Assembly: GCA_015058845.1 (NCBI GenBank) | Contig: SVBO01000001.1 | Span: 3,934 to 67,933 of the forward strand | Origin: Erysipelotrichaceae bacterium | Lineage (GTDB): Bacteria > Bacillota_I > Bacilli_A > Erysipelotrichales > Erysipelotrichaceae | Reading direction: 5' to 3' | Length of the DNA stretch: 64,000 nucleotides | Shown: one piece after another, positions 10,054 to 18,295 of the stretch | Layout of the letters: the number at the start of each line of letters is the position of its first letter | Numbering within the stretch: the stretch's first letter is position 1 | Translations under genes and position numbers: made by a program | Notes under the pieces: model-generated | Seen by the model: the letters and a program-made list of their open reading frames with translations, nothing else | Told to the model about the DNA's origin: nothing | Databases searched by the model: none

Positions 10054-11064
10054 CTACTTGTCAATTCTTTCGATATTTCCCTTGATCTCGCTCACTAACT
10101 CACCCTTAGTCATATTCCATTCTTCCTTCAGTAATACTAACTCTCTCTCCCAAGTCTTAATAGCCATCTCTGTATTCCCAAGATTCTTGTATAAATACGC
10201 AATACAAGATAGTGGATCGATATATCTAGGTCTAGGCGCTATCTCATGGGCCTTCTCATAGATCTCGATAGCCTCTAGATACGCATGATTACTTGCATAG
10301 CGATTCGCTACTGACATCAAGATCTTCCAGCTATCTGTATATTTCTCCACTAGTTCGATATACTTAGCTTTCACTGCTTCAAAGCCTACTTTTCGCTCTT
10401 CGATCCATACATAATAGAATGGATATAGTTCTTGGTCAGGTCCTTCTTCTAGTATCTTAATAGCTTCAGCAAAGCGATGATCTTCGATCAGGTTATCTAG
10501 TAAGAATAGTTTAGTTCTTTGTAGTGTGGGATCTGCTTTCAACATTGTTTGTAATTCCTGGATCAATTTCGAATGATTACTGATATTCCAATCACTGATA
10601 TGTCCATGAGAAGCATTACTTAAAGTACATAGATCATTCTTATTATCAGGGTTCAGACGTAATGCTTCGATGGCATAATGGATGGCCTTCTCATTGAGTT
10701 TACAGGCTTGGTAGTGATACAAGTCTGCAAGTGTAGAATGGGCTCTATAATTCCTAGGATCTTGCCTGATCTCATTTGCTAGAAACTCTTCACTATGCTG
10801 AAAGAACTCGAATGTCATGACAGTCTCATTCTCGATCATTCTATCGATCCTTTCATATTCTAGGTCTACTGGATATTCGAATAATTCATCGATCGTGATC
10901 CCGAAGTGTGAGGCTATGGCTGGTAATTGTTGGATATCTGGTTGAGAGGTGTTACTTTCCCATTTACTGATTGCTTGGGGAGTCACGTGTAAGACTTCTG
11001 CTAATTCACTTTGGGAGAGTGCTTTGTGGGTACGTAATTGTTTGATCTTATTTCCTATATTCAT
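10054..11064 (-). CDS. XRE-family HTH regulator with C-terminal TPR repeats
   Basis: N-terminus IKQLRTHKALSQSELAEVLHVTPQAISKWE (Cro/C1 HTH). TPR-like A..Y..A repeats in the remainder. Confidence 0.8.
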   Translation of the reverse strand: MNIGNKIKQLRTHKALSQSELAEVLHVTPQAISKWESNTSQPDIQQLPAIASHFGITIDELFEYPVDLEYERIDRMIENETVMTFEFFQHSEEFLANEIRQDPRNYRAHSTLADLYHYQACKLNEKAIHYAIEALRLNPDNKNDLCTLSNASHGHISDWNISNHSKLIQELQTMLKADPTLQRTKLFLLDNLIEDHRFAEAIKILEEGPDQELYPFYYVWIEERKVGFEAVKAKYIELVEKYTDSWKILMSVANRYASNHAYLEAIEIYEKAHEIAPRPRYIDPLSCIAYLYKNLGNTEMAIKTWERELVLLKEEWNMTKGELVSEIKGNIERIDK

Positions 11065-11182
11065 ATGGATACCTCCTATCGGTCAGAAGCGCGCATTTCT
11101 AGACACTTTCATTATAAGAGATTGTTTGTTAACTCACAATTGAATTTAGGTTTAGTAAATGAAACTAATGGTTGGGAGGAAT

Positions 11183-11206
11183 AGAAAAGGTCTGTAAACA
11201 GACCTT
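11183..11206 (-). terminator. intrinsic terminator of the 11205..12611 gene
   Basis: aaggtctg-taaa-cagacctt, followed by TTTTC on the minus strand. Confidence 0.6.
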
Positions 11207-12611
11207 AGAATAACATATGCGATAATAGGGCTATGATCGGTAATGTTACGATCGTTCTCTCTAAGAAGATCAGGAATAGATCTTTTAAAGATACAGGGAT
11301 CTTACTTCCCATGATGATACTACCGATCTCAGACATATAGATCAATTGTGTTACACTCGTAGTAGCTACTACAAATCTAGTGAGATCACTTTCTATAGAA
11401 CTAGCGATCACACTGGGTAAGAACATATCGGCAAAACCTACGACTACTGTTTGACTGGCTGCTGTAGCTTCTGGGATCTGTAGTAGGTTATATAAGGGAA
11501 TGAATGGTATACCTAGTATTTGGAATATGGGGGTGTATTCGGCTATGATTAGAGCTATTGTTCCCAAGGCCATAATGACTGGTAATGTACCAAACCACAT
11601 TTCTACTACGTTCTCTATGCCTTCTTGAAAGAATTCTTTGATAGTAGGGGCGTGTTCTACTTTGGCTAAGGCTAGAGATAGTCCATATTGCCATGAATTC
11701 ATACCTTCTGGAATATCTTCTCTGTGAGATACTTCTGTGTAGTATGTATCTGGGATATGAGAGAGAGGAGGTAGTTTCGGTACTATCACTGCTGCAATGA
11801 TCCCTGCAAAGGATACGATGCCATAGAATGGTAGGAACATGTGTTCTAGTCTTACTTGGGAGAGTACTACTAGGCTGAATGTGATACTGACTGCTGAGAA
11901 AGTAGTAGCGATCACGATGGCTTCACGTTTGGAATAGAAGCCTTCTTCATATTGTTTACTAGTGAGTAATACACCAATAGACCCATCTCCTAACCAAGAG
12001 GCTACACAATCTAGTGCACTTCTTCCTGGTAGGTGAAAGAGGGGTCTCATGAGGAAGATCATTTGTGCGCCGAAGAAGTCTAGTAGGCCATAGTTTAGCA
12101 GTAAAGCTAATAACATACCCGCTAATAAGAATACACATACTAGGATCGGTAATAGGTCATGGATCACTAGACCCCCTGTTAGCTCACCGATCAGGAACTG
12201 TGGTCCGACTTGGAAGTAGATCATGTTTACTAAGATAAAGCCTAGTATACGTACATAGAACCAGAAGCCTTGGATCGAGAATAGTTGTGAGAACTTAGGA
12301 TATTTCTGTAGGTATGGGATGCTTATGGTCTTATGGATCAGGGTAAGGATAGTACTGATAGAGATGAGTGCCCAGATGATCGTTGTACTATGTGTTCCCA
12401 TTAGGTCTTTTAGTAGGTTAGCAAGAACTGCGATAGAGATGGTTAGGGTGTTGTTGTATGTGATAGGAGTGATGAATAGTAGCATACCGATCAGGGATGG
12501 TATAAGGAATGTGTATAGTCTTTTGTCTTGTAGTATTTTCATGTGCTTTGGTATGCTCCTTTCTATTAGATGGTAAGAGTTTATTGTATTATTTTTATGG
12601 GTATTTTTCAA
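11205..12611 (-). CDS. polytopic membrane protein, nucleoside-recognition (Gate)/YjiH-like
   Basis: 468 aa with more than 10 TM segments. Family call is from general resemblance only, and the start codon is uncertain. Confidence 0.5.
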   Translation of the reverse strand: MKNTHKNNTINSYHLIERSIPKHMKILQDKRLYTFLIPSLIGMLLFITPITYNNTLTISIAVLANLLKDLMGTHSTTIIWALISISTILTLIHKTISIPYLQKYPKFSQLFSIQGFWFYVRILGFILVNMIYFQVGPQFLIGELTGGLVIHDLLPILVCVFLLAGMLLALLLNYGLLDFFGAQMIFLMRPLFHLPGRSALDCVASWLGDGSIGVLLTSKQYEEGFYSKREAIVIATTFSAVSITFSLVVLSQVRLEHMFLPFYGIVSFAGIIAAVIVPKLPPLSHIPDTYYTEVSHREDIPEGMNSWQYGLSLALAKVEHAPTIKEFFQEGIENVVEMWFGTLPVIMALGTIALIIAEYTPIFQILGIPFIPLYNLLQIPEATAASQTVVVGFADMFLPSVIASSIESDLTRFVVATTSVTQLIYMSEIGSIIMGSKIPVSLKDLFLIFLERTIVTLPIIALLSHMLF

Positions 12612-12753
12612 TACTTTGTCTTGATATAGTGTGTGTAGATATTGGAAGTGTATTAAATAAGATCCTGTAATTATAGTGTTTGAATATAAATATTATATTT
12701 TTATTTTTGTATTTTATAAGTGTAATATTACTATGTATTATTGAGATAGATTG

Positions 12754-12762
12754 TGTTATAAT
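12754..12762 (+). promoter_or_regulatory. extended -10 (TGtTATAAT) candidate promoter for the small toxin mRNA
   Basis: TGTTATAAT at 12754-12762. The -35 is weak. Confidence 0.4.
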
Positions 12763-12805
12763 ATTTAGGCATCTCTTTGTTTATACAGCAAAGGAGGTGA
12801 ATGCT

Positions 12806-12901
12806 GTGAAAAAGGTGTTGTATGCTATACTCTCTTCTGTCATCGCTGATATTATCGCATTCTTGATATGTCAGAAACTCGATGAGGAAGAGGGGGAGTA
12901 A
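12806..12901 (+). CDS. Fst/Ldr-like type I toxin candidate (31 aa)
   Basis: GTG at 12806 lies 8 nt after AAAGGAGG. Peptide (M/V)KKVLYAILSSVIADIIAFLICQKLDEEEGE has one hydrophobic helix plus an acidic tail, comparable to E. faecalis Fst ..ISRVLDEEDDSRK. Followed by a bidirectional terminator. Confidence 0.6.
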   Translation: MKKVLYAILSSVIADIIAFLICQKLDEEEGE

Positions 12902-12923
12902 GACATGGTTTACTCGAAGCATG

Positions 12924-12953
12924 AAAAAAGAGAGGATGCGCCCTCTCTTTTTT
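12924..12953. terminator. bidirectional intrinsic terminator shared by convergent toxin mRNA and antisense RNA
   Basis: AAAAAAGAGAGG-atgcgc-CCTCTCTTTTTT, with an A-tract on the left and a T-tract on the right. Confidence 0.75.
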
Positions 12954-12986
12954 CTTTCTGTGAAATGTGTTGTATGCAATTAACAC
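12924..12986 (-). ncRNA. candidate antitoxin sRNA (RNA II-like), about 60 nt
   Basis: Minus-strand extended -10 TGGTATACT (plus 12993-13001), giving a predicted start near 12986. The transcript contains GCATACAACAC and TTTCACAG, complementary to the toxin start-codon region. It ends at the shared terminator. Confidence 0.5.
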
Positions 12987-13091
12987 ACTAATAGTATACC
13001 ATATTATTCGAAAATGTACATTGTTTTTTCTTGTTTTCATTCCGTTATTGATCTGTTAACAAGTAAATAATGCACAGCAATTATATATTCC

Positions 13092-13943
13092 CTACTTTCC
13101 GATCACCTTAGGCTTATACATCATCTCATTTACAGCATAAATAGTTACGAAAGCATCAGGATCAGTCTTCTGAATAAACGTCATCAACTTTCCATACTCA
13201 TGCTTATCAACGATCGCAACGATCTCTACATGCTGCTCATCTGAATAAGCACCATAAGAGTGATACTTAGTAGCCCCACTATGTAACTCATTCAAAATGA
13301 AATCTAAGATCTCCTCTTGCTTACGAGACAAAATACACACCTTTCTCTTGATCGTAGAACCAAAGATAAAATGATCCAACACAACACCACTAATATAGGT
13401 ACAGATCACACTAAGCACCACTGTCTTCTTATCAAATACTAATGCTGAACATAAAGCTACTGCCATACCTGATAAAGCGATGGCTCTGCCTAATTCCATA
13501 TGTAGATACTTATTCATGATCTTAGCTACGATATCTAATCCACCTGAAGAAGCATTACGATTGAATAATACAGCCATACCTACACTAGAGAATCCAATAT
13601 AAGTAATAGCATCTAAGAATTGATCATTTAGAATAGATACATTATTAGGATATATTCTCTCTAATACACCTAAAGTAACTGGAATAAGAAGTGCACTATA
13701 TACAGTCTTGATCCCAAACTCTTTCCCGATCAATATAAAGCCAATAGCTAATAATACAACATTCATCATCATAGATAATGTTGAGACTGGTAAAGATACG
13801 ATATTAGACATAACTTGTGCTAAGCTTGTTACACTTCCTACAGAAACATGGCTTGGTAATAAGAAGAAATATATTGCTATTGCTATTGAGATAGCTGCTA
13901 ATGTAATGACTAAGAAATCAGTGATTTTTCCTTTGGTGATCAT
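13092..13943 (-). CDS. YitT family membrane protein (DUF2179 C-terminal domain)
   Basis: 283 aa with 5 TM segments plus a soluble C-terminal domain. Paralogue of the 35949..36812 gene. Confidence 0.75.
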   Translation of the reverse strand: MITKGKITDFLVITLAAISIAIAIYFFLLPSHVSVGSVTSLAQVMSNIVSLPVSTLSMMMNVVLLAIGFILIGKEFGIKTVYSALLIPVTLGVLERIYPNNVSILNDQFLDAITYIGFSSVGMAVLFNRNASSGGLDIVAKIMNKYLHMELGRAIALSGMAVALCSALVFDKKTVVLSVICTYISGVVLDHFIFGSTIKRKVCILSRKQEEILDFILNELHSGATKYHSYGAYSDEQHVEIVAIVDKHEYGKLMTFIQKTDPDAFVTIYAVNEMMYKPKVIGK

Positions 13944-14028
13944 ATGTATTTCAATCCTTTCTTAAAAATATTCTGCTGTATATTTTACTCTTTTGTAAAC
14001 ATAATGCAATCATTATTTCTAGAAATTT

Positions 14029-14817
14029 CTATTCCATGAATTGGATGATACAAGATAGTGTCATCTCTTCCTTATTCTGATCATGATCATCCTTGACTTC
14101 TAAGGAATACTTAATACCACTATGTTCTAAACAAACACATAGGAATAAGATAAAGATCCCTATATCTAATAGATTCTGATATGTTACCTTCTCAATGGGC
14201 ATGATGCCTCTTTTACCAGGTTTCTGATATCGATAGACTAATAATCTATTCTCTTCTTCTTTGACAAACCATGGTTGTGTATTACAAGAACTAGGGGCAA
14301 AGCGTACTATATTGGCTATATCTAGATACTGATCTCCTTGCCAGATCTCTTCTAGTAATTTGCGTTTGGCTTTAAACATATCTACTCTAAACTTATTACT
14401 TGGTACCTTGCCGATAGCGATCATAGTCACGAAGTCTAAGCCATGATAGATACTTTCTTCTGTCTTACCGATCCCGAACCATAATGCACCTATATCTTGA
14501 GATGCTAGATATAGATCTAATTGTTCACATAAGAAACCAATATTCTGTAGATAATTACTCTTCTTCTCACTATATACCAAGATACAGTATTCTTGTCCTC
14601 TGCTACATGTAGTTAGTTCATTCTCTACGATCCGTATCTCTACTTTGATATCTTCTATTAGTGGTTTGAATGTAGAGAATACCGTTTGGATCTCTTCTAG
14701 TTCTTCTGGTGTGATCTGATACTTTTCTTTGTATAATTCTTTAGTCTTTAGATCTTTGAATAGATGGAAAGATTTTCTCTTAAAGATCATTTCATACATT
14801 GTTTCACTATATCTCAT
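14029..14817 (-). CDS. nitroreductase family protein
   Basis: 262 aa. RFAPSSCNTQPW motif typical of FMN nitroreductases. Confidence 0.75.
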   Translation of the reverse strand: MRYSETMYEMIFKRKSFHLFKDLKTKELYKEKYQITPEELEEIQTVFSTFKPLIEDIKVEIRIVENELTTCSRGQEYCILVYSEKKSNYLQNIGFLCEQLDLYLASQDIGALWFGIGKTEESIYHGLDFVTMIAIGKVPSNKFRVDMFKAKRKLLEEIWQGDQYLDIANIVRFAPSSCNTQPWFVKEEENRLLVYRYQKPGKRGIMPIEKVTYQNLLDIGIFILFLCVCLEHSGIKYSLEVKDDHDQNKEEMTLSCIIQFME

Positions 14818-14926
14818 ATGTATTCCTTCTTTCTAACTATAGACTAAAGTAATTTAAAATTATATTCAAGTACATGATAATCTATTTGTTAGATACTTAA
14901 TACGATATGATAATTTCTATCTATGA

Positions 14927-14944
14927 TCAATGATCGATCATTGA
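14927..14944. promoter_or_regulatory. perfect 18-bp palindrome TCAATGATCGATCATTGA, possible operator
   Basis: Seen directly; lies about 110 bp upstream of the nitroreductase start. Confidence 0.3.
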
Positions 14945-14964
14945 AATATAAACTGAGAGAATAC

Positions 14965-14992
14965 AAAAAAGCCTTTATTGAAAAGGCTTTTT
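14965..14992. terminator. bidirectional terminator AAAAAGCCTTT-attg-AAAAGGCTTTTT
   Basis: Stem-loop flanked by A and T runs. Lies downstream of the 15054..15512 gene on the minus strand. Confidence 0.7.
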
Positions 14993-15053
14993 CTGAATAT
15001 ACTTCTGTTTTTACTTACATAAGTTTACTACCTCAAGGAATGGATCCATGGGT

Positions 15054-15512
15054 CTAGTATTTACTTATGTAAGCTTTGATCGTATGGAGTTTCTTCTCTT
15101 GATAAGTATTGGAACTAACGATATCTTTATCCTTTATAAATCTTCTACATCCACAACTTCTAGTAGAACCTTGCGTTAGATTCGTATAACTAACAATTGA
15201 ATTATTCCCACAATCACACTTGCACTCCCAATATGTCACACCATTCTTTCTCTCAGAAAACTTAGTTACAACAAGTTTACCAAATCTCTGCCCACTAATA
15301 TCTATAAACTTATTTCCATTTATTTCAATATATGTATAAGGCGATTTCTGTATTAAATATAACTCTTTTCTTGTTTTCTCAACTATTTTTCCGCAGTCAG
15401 ATCGGCATTTCCATATAATATTTCTATTCTTTCGTTTGTCAGTAGGCTCTAATACAGTTAGATCCCCAAATTTCATACCGACAATAGATCGTTTATTACT
15501 TACCATTTTCAC
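15054..15512 (-). CDS. hypothetical protein with two tandem Cys-rich (zinc-ribbon-like) repeats
   Basis: Repeat 1 is GMKFGDLTVLEP..IWKCRSDCGK. Repeat 2 is GQRFGKLVVTKF..YWECKCDCGN..GSTRSCGC. Confidence 0.6.
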   Translation of the reverse strand: MKMVSNKRSIVGMKFGDLTVLEPTDKRKNRNIIWKCRSDCGKIVEKTRKELYLIQKSPYTYIEINGNKFIDISGQRFGKLVVTKFSERKNGVTYWECKCDCGNNSIVSYTNLTQGSTRSCGCRRFIKDKDIVSSNTYQEKKLHTIKAYISKY

Positions 15513-15548
15513 AGAAATGCATCAAAATTCTATAATACACTTCTATAA

Positions 15549-17783
15549 TTACTTAACGATATAACGTAATGCTCTAGTTGTAGTATCTACTACTTCAAAT
15601 CCACTTGGAAGAGTTAGAGTAGAACCATCACTTAATACGATATCTTTTAATGGGAATAAGTATGAATCTGTACCATCACTGATTCTCATGTATGCAAGAT
15701 ATGAACCAGTAGCCATTCTTGTAGCTGCTGTATTACCTACATAATTATTGATATCTGTATTAGAGAATGTAACTGTATAGTTAGCATAATCTAGCTTATA
15801 TGCTCCATTACCTGTAGCTGTCATGTTCTTATTTAACCATGTGTTATATACTGGTGTTACTTGCTTACGATATGCTTTTGCCATTGAGTAATCTTCTTCA
15901 TTTACGAAGATAATTTCTCTCCAGATAGAGTTTTCGTTATCTAGGTTAGCATTAGCCTTAAACATATATCCATCTACTGTAATAGAACCATTAGCTGTAG
16001 AGATATTAGTTACACGTGAGTTTGTATATACTGGTAATTGGAAGTCAGCATAATCACTTAGATCTGTGTTATTTACTGGTTCTTCTACTTTTGTATATAC
16101 TGCTGTGATTGTAGTAGCTGTTCTAATATTTTCACCATCATGATCCCATTCACCTACATATCCTTCTTTTTCAGGTACTTCTGGCATTCTAATATCTGCA
16201 CCCTTAGTGACTCTATATGTTCTCCATACTTTACCGTCTACGATGAATTCTACAGTTGATTTAGGAGCTTCTTTTTCAGTTACATAGAAGTTACCATTAG
16301 CATTTTTATTGACTTCGTAACCAGATGGAATGAAAGAATTAATATTAGCATTTGTTGGTTCAGTATTAGATTTTGATGGATCAAATCCAATGAATGTACC
16401 ACCATATACTTCAATGCTAGCAGTACCAGCTAAAGCACTACCATCATATAGATTTAATGTAAAGTTACGGTCATTACTACTAAACCAACCATCATTGATA
16501 ACTACTTTTGCAGAATTAATGTTTTCTCCACCAGCATAGATCAATTCAGCACCAGTTGTATTAGTTACGTTTGGATCAACGCTATCTGTATTGAAGAATT
16601 TACCATCTTTAATAGTTACTTTTCCTTCATTTGCCCATACAGCGATTGTACCATTGCCATCAGAAGTAGTTGCATCAATAGCACCTAAACCATTTGAAGA
16701 ATCATTGATTGATAAGTTAGCACCTTCTACAACTTTTAATACTGCTTTGCTAACCGATTTGTCCCAACTATTATCAACAGACAATGTTTTACCATTTAAA
16801 TCTAATGTTACATCTTTATCTACAATTAAAGTTTTCGATAAAGCAATATTGCTATTAAGAGTAATTTTTCCGCCTTCAGTTACTGAAGTAATCGCATCTT
16901 GTAACGATCCATAGTGATTATCATCAAATTTAACACGATCAACAACGTACTCTTCAATCGAAGTCTCTTTTCCATTAACATCGATAGCCTTAGAATTTAC
17001 AATTTCAAGATCAGACTTACCATCTAACCATGTAGTTGCACCATTATCAACAAGTGTAACATTAGCAATTTTAGTCTTGCCCCAAAAATTAGCACCCGCA
17101 TAACCACTTTGTTTATTTTCAAATCTTGTTCCATCAATTGTTAATAGGGAAATTGATGCAGCAAAAGCATTAAACCCATCAATACTACCACCATTGATTA
17201 CTACTTTACCTGAACCACTATCATAGTGAATACCATAAACACCACCAGAGATTTCACAATTCTCATATGTGTGAACTCCATTTACACGACCCCAACGAGT
17301 AACATTTTTTGTAGTCATAAGTAAAGAATCTTTAATTGTAAGGTTCTTTGCTTCTGGTTTGATAAGTGGACTAGCTGTACCTGTTATGTAACAGTTTTCA
17401 ATCGTAATGTTATCACCACCGAAAACTGAAGATTGAACCGCATCTTCTAAAACAAGGTTTTTAAGTGTGATTGTATTGCCGTTTGTTTCGATTTTACTAA
17501 CCTTTGTTGTAGGTTCGCCATTAGTATTTGTCATACCTTCAATAGTAAGGTTTCCCTTTGTGATTTTTGGCATTTCTACAACACTGGCAGAAATTAACTG
17601 GATTACATCACCTTCATCTGCAGCATTGATTGCAGATTCTACTGTATCATATTCAATTCCAGTATCCACAATTTTAGCTACATTTTCATTACTTTCGGCA
17701 GCAACTTCCACTGTAGGCATTACTCCAATAACCATAGCAAGAGCAACTACTACAGATAATAATCCTTTGAATAATTTATTCAT
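15549..17783 (-). CDS. secreted/surface protein with right-handed beta-helix-like repeats and a Listeria-Bacteroides-type repeat
   Basis: 744 aa. Signal peptide MNKLFKGLLSVVVALAMVIGVMP. Repeated N/G/T-rich beta-helix-like segments. FIVDGKVWRTYRVTKGADIRMPEVPEKEGYVGEW resembles the Flg_new/InlB B-repeat. No LPXTG. Confidence 0.75.
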   Translation of the reverse strand: MNKLFKGLLSVVVALAMVIGVMPTVEVAAESNENVAKIVDTGIEYDTVESAINAADEGDVIQLISASVVEMPKITKGNLTIEGMTNTNGEPTTKVSKIETNGNTITLKNLVLEDAVQSSVFGGDNITIENCYITGTASPLIKPEAKNLTIKDSLLMTTKNVTRWGRVNGVHTYENCEISGGVYGIHYDSGSGKVVINGGSIDGFNAFAASISLLTIDGTRFENKQSGYAGANFWGKTKIANVTLVDNGATTWLDGKSDLEIVNSKAIDVNGKETSIEEYVVDRVKFDDNHYGSLQDAITSVTEGGKITLNSNIALSKTLIVDKDVTLDLNGKTLSVDNSWDKSVSKAVLKVVEGANLSINDSSNGLGAIDATTSDGNGTIAVWANEGKVTIKDGKFFNTDSVDPNVTNTTGAELIYAGGENINSAKVVINDGWFSSNDRNFTLNLYDGSALAGTASIEVYGGTFIGFDPSKSNTEPTNANINSFIPSGYEVNKNANGNFYVTEKEAPKSTVEFIVDGKVWRTYRVTKGADIRMPEVPEKEGYVGEWDHDGENIRTATTITAVYTKVEEPVNNTDLSDYADFQLPVYTNSRVTNISTANGSITVDGYMFKANANLDNENSIWREIIFVNEEDYSMAKAYRKQVTPVYNTWLNKNMTATGNGAYKLDYANYTVTFSNTDINNYVGNTAATRMATGSYLAYMRISDGTDSYLFPLKDIVLSDGSTLTLPSGFEVVDTTTRALRYIVK

Positions 17784-17883
17784 TTTCTTCCTCCTTTTGT
17801 ATATTTACTTCGATAACTCTTTTCCCGGTATAACGATATTATCCGGAACTATTACAGACTGGATACCTTCAACTTAAGAATAT

Positions 17884-17976
17884 TCATACTAACCAGTTCT
17901 GTAATACTAAGCAGCAACAAACTAGAAGATCTGTTATAACTATCTTTAGAATGTTCTGCTGTTTTTCTTCCTCCAT
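17884..17976 (-). CDS. possible 30-aa leader ORF MEEEKQQNILKIVITDLLVCCCLVLQNWLV
   Basis: ATG at 17976 lies 4 nt after AAAGGGGG. Sits in the 220-nt leader between IR-A and the surface protein gene. Too short for the ORF track. Confidence 0.25.
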   Translation of the reverse strand: MEEEKQQNILKIVITDLLVCCCLVLQNWLV

Positions 17977-18005
17977 AGCACCCCCTTTGTTTTATACAAA
18001 CATAC

Positions 18006-18035
18006 TTCACAACATAATAATCATTATGTTGTGAA
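18006..18035. repeat. IR-A: lox-like site TTCACAACATAAT-AATC-ATTATGTTGTGAA
   Basis: 13-bp inverted arms around the asymmetric 4-nt centre AATC. Confidence 0.8.
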
Positions 18036-18214
18036 ATAGATTTAGTTTATATGATTGCTTTATAAATCAGCACCAGAATCAACCAAAAAAACACATGAGA
18101 AAAAAAGCTCTCTGACTCTTTGTAAAAAAAGTAACAGAGGGCTTACTTGTGTTGTTTGTAATTTTTATATTTGATACATCATATATCGATTTTTACCTAT
18201 AATTGTAATTCATC

Positions 18215-18243
18215 TTGAATTATATATGTTTTAAGAGTAAAAT
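18215..18243 (+). promoter_or_regulatory. candidate sigma-A promoter TTGAAT-N17-TAAAAT inside the putative invertible segment
   Basis: The hexamers currently point away from the surface protein gene and would point toward it after inversion. The context is AT-rich, so it could be chance. Confidence 0.3.
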
Positions 18244-18266
18244 TAAAAAGTACAGATCAATACCTT

Positions 18267-18292
18267 TACCACATAATGATTATTATGTGGTA
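18267..18292. repeat. IR-B: lox-like site TACCACATAAT-GATT-ATTATGTGGTA, inverted relative to IR-A
   Basis: Its reverse complement shares an 18-nt perfect core ACATAATAATCATTATGT with IR-A (22/24 overall). Ends 4 nt from the recombinase stop codon. Confidence 0.8.
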
Positions 18293-18295
18293 TTT

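Noticed and set aside
12731-13040. Minus-strand ORFs 12731..12979 and 12852..13040 in the 12.7-13.1 kb spacer
   Set aside because: They span a perfect bidirectional terminator, lack an RBS, and read through the better-supported Fst-like ORF and antisense RNA. Treated as non-coding.
18006-18292. Reading IR-A and IR-B as plain intrinsic terminators
   Set aside because: Not fully excluded. However, neither hairpin has a proper U-tract in the direction of the adjacent genes. The two share an 18-nt identical core while differing only by inversion of the central 4 nt, which terminators have no reason to do.
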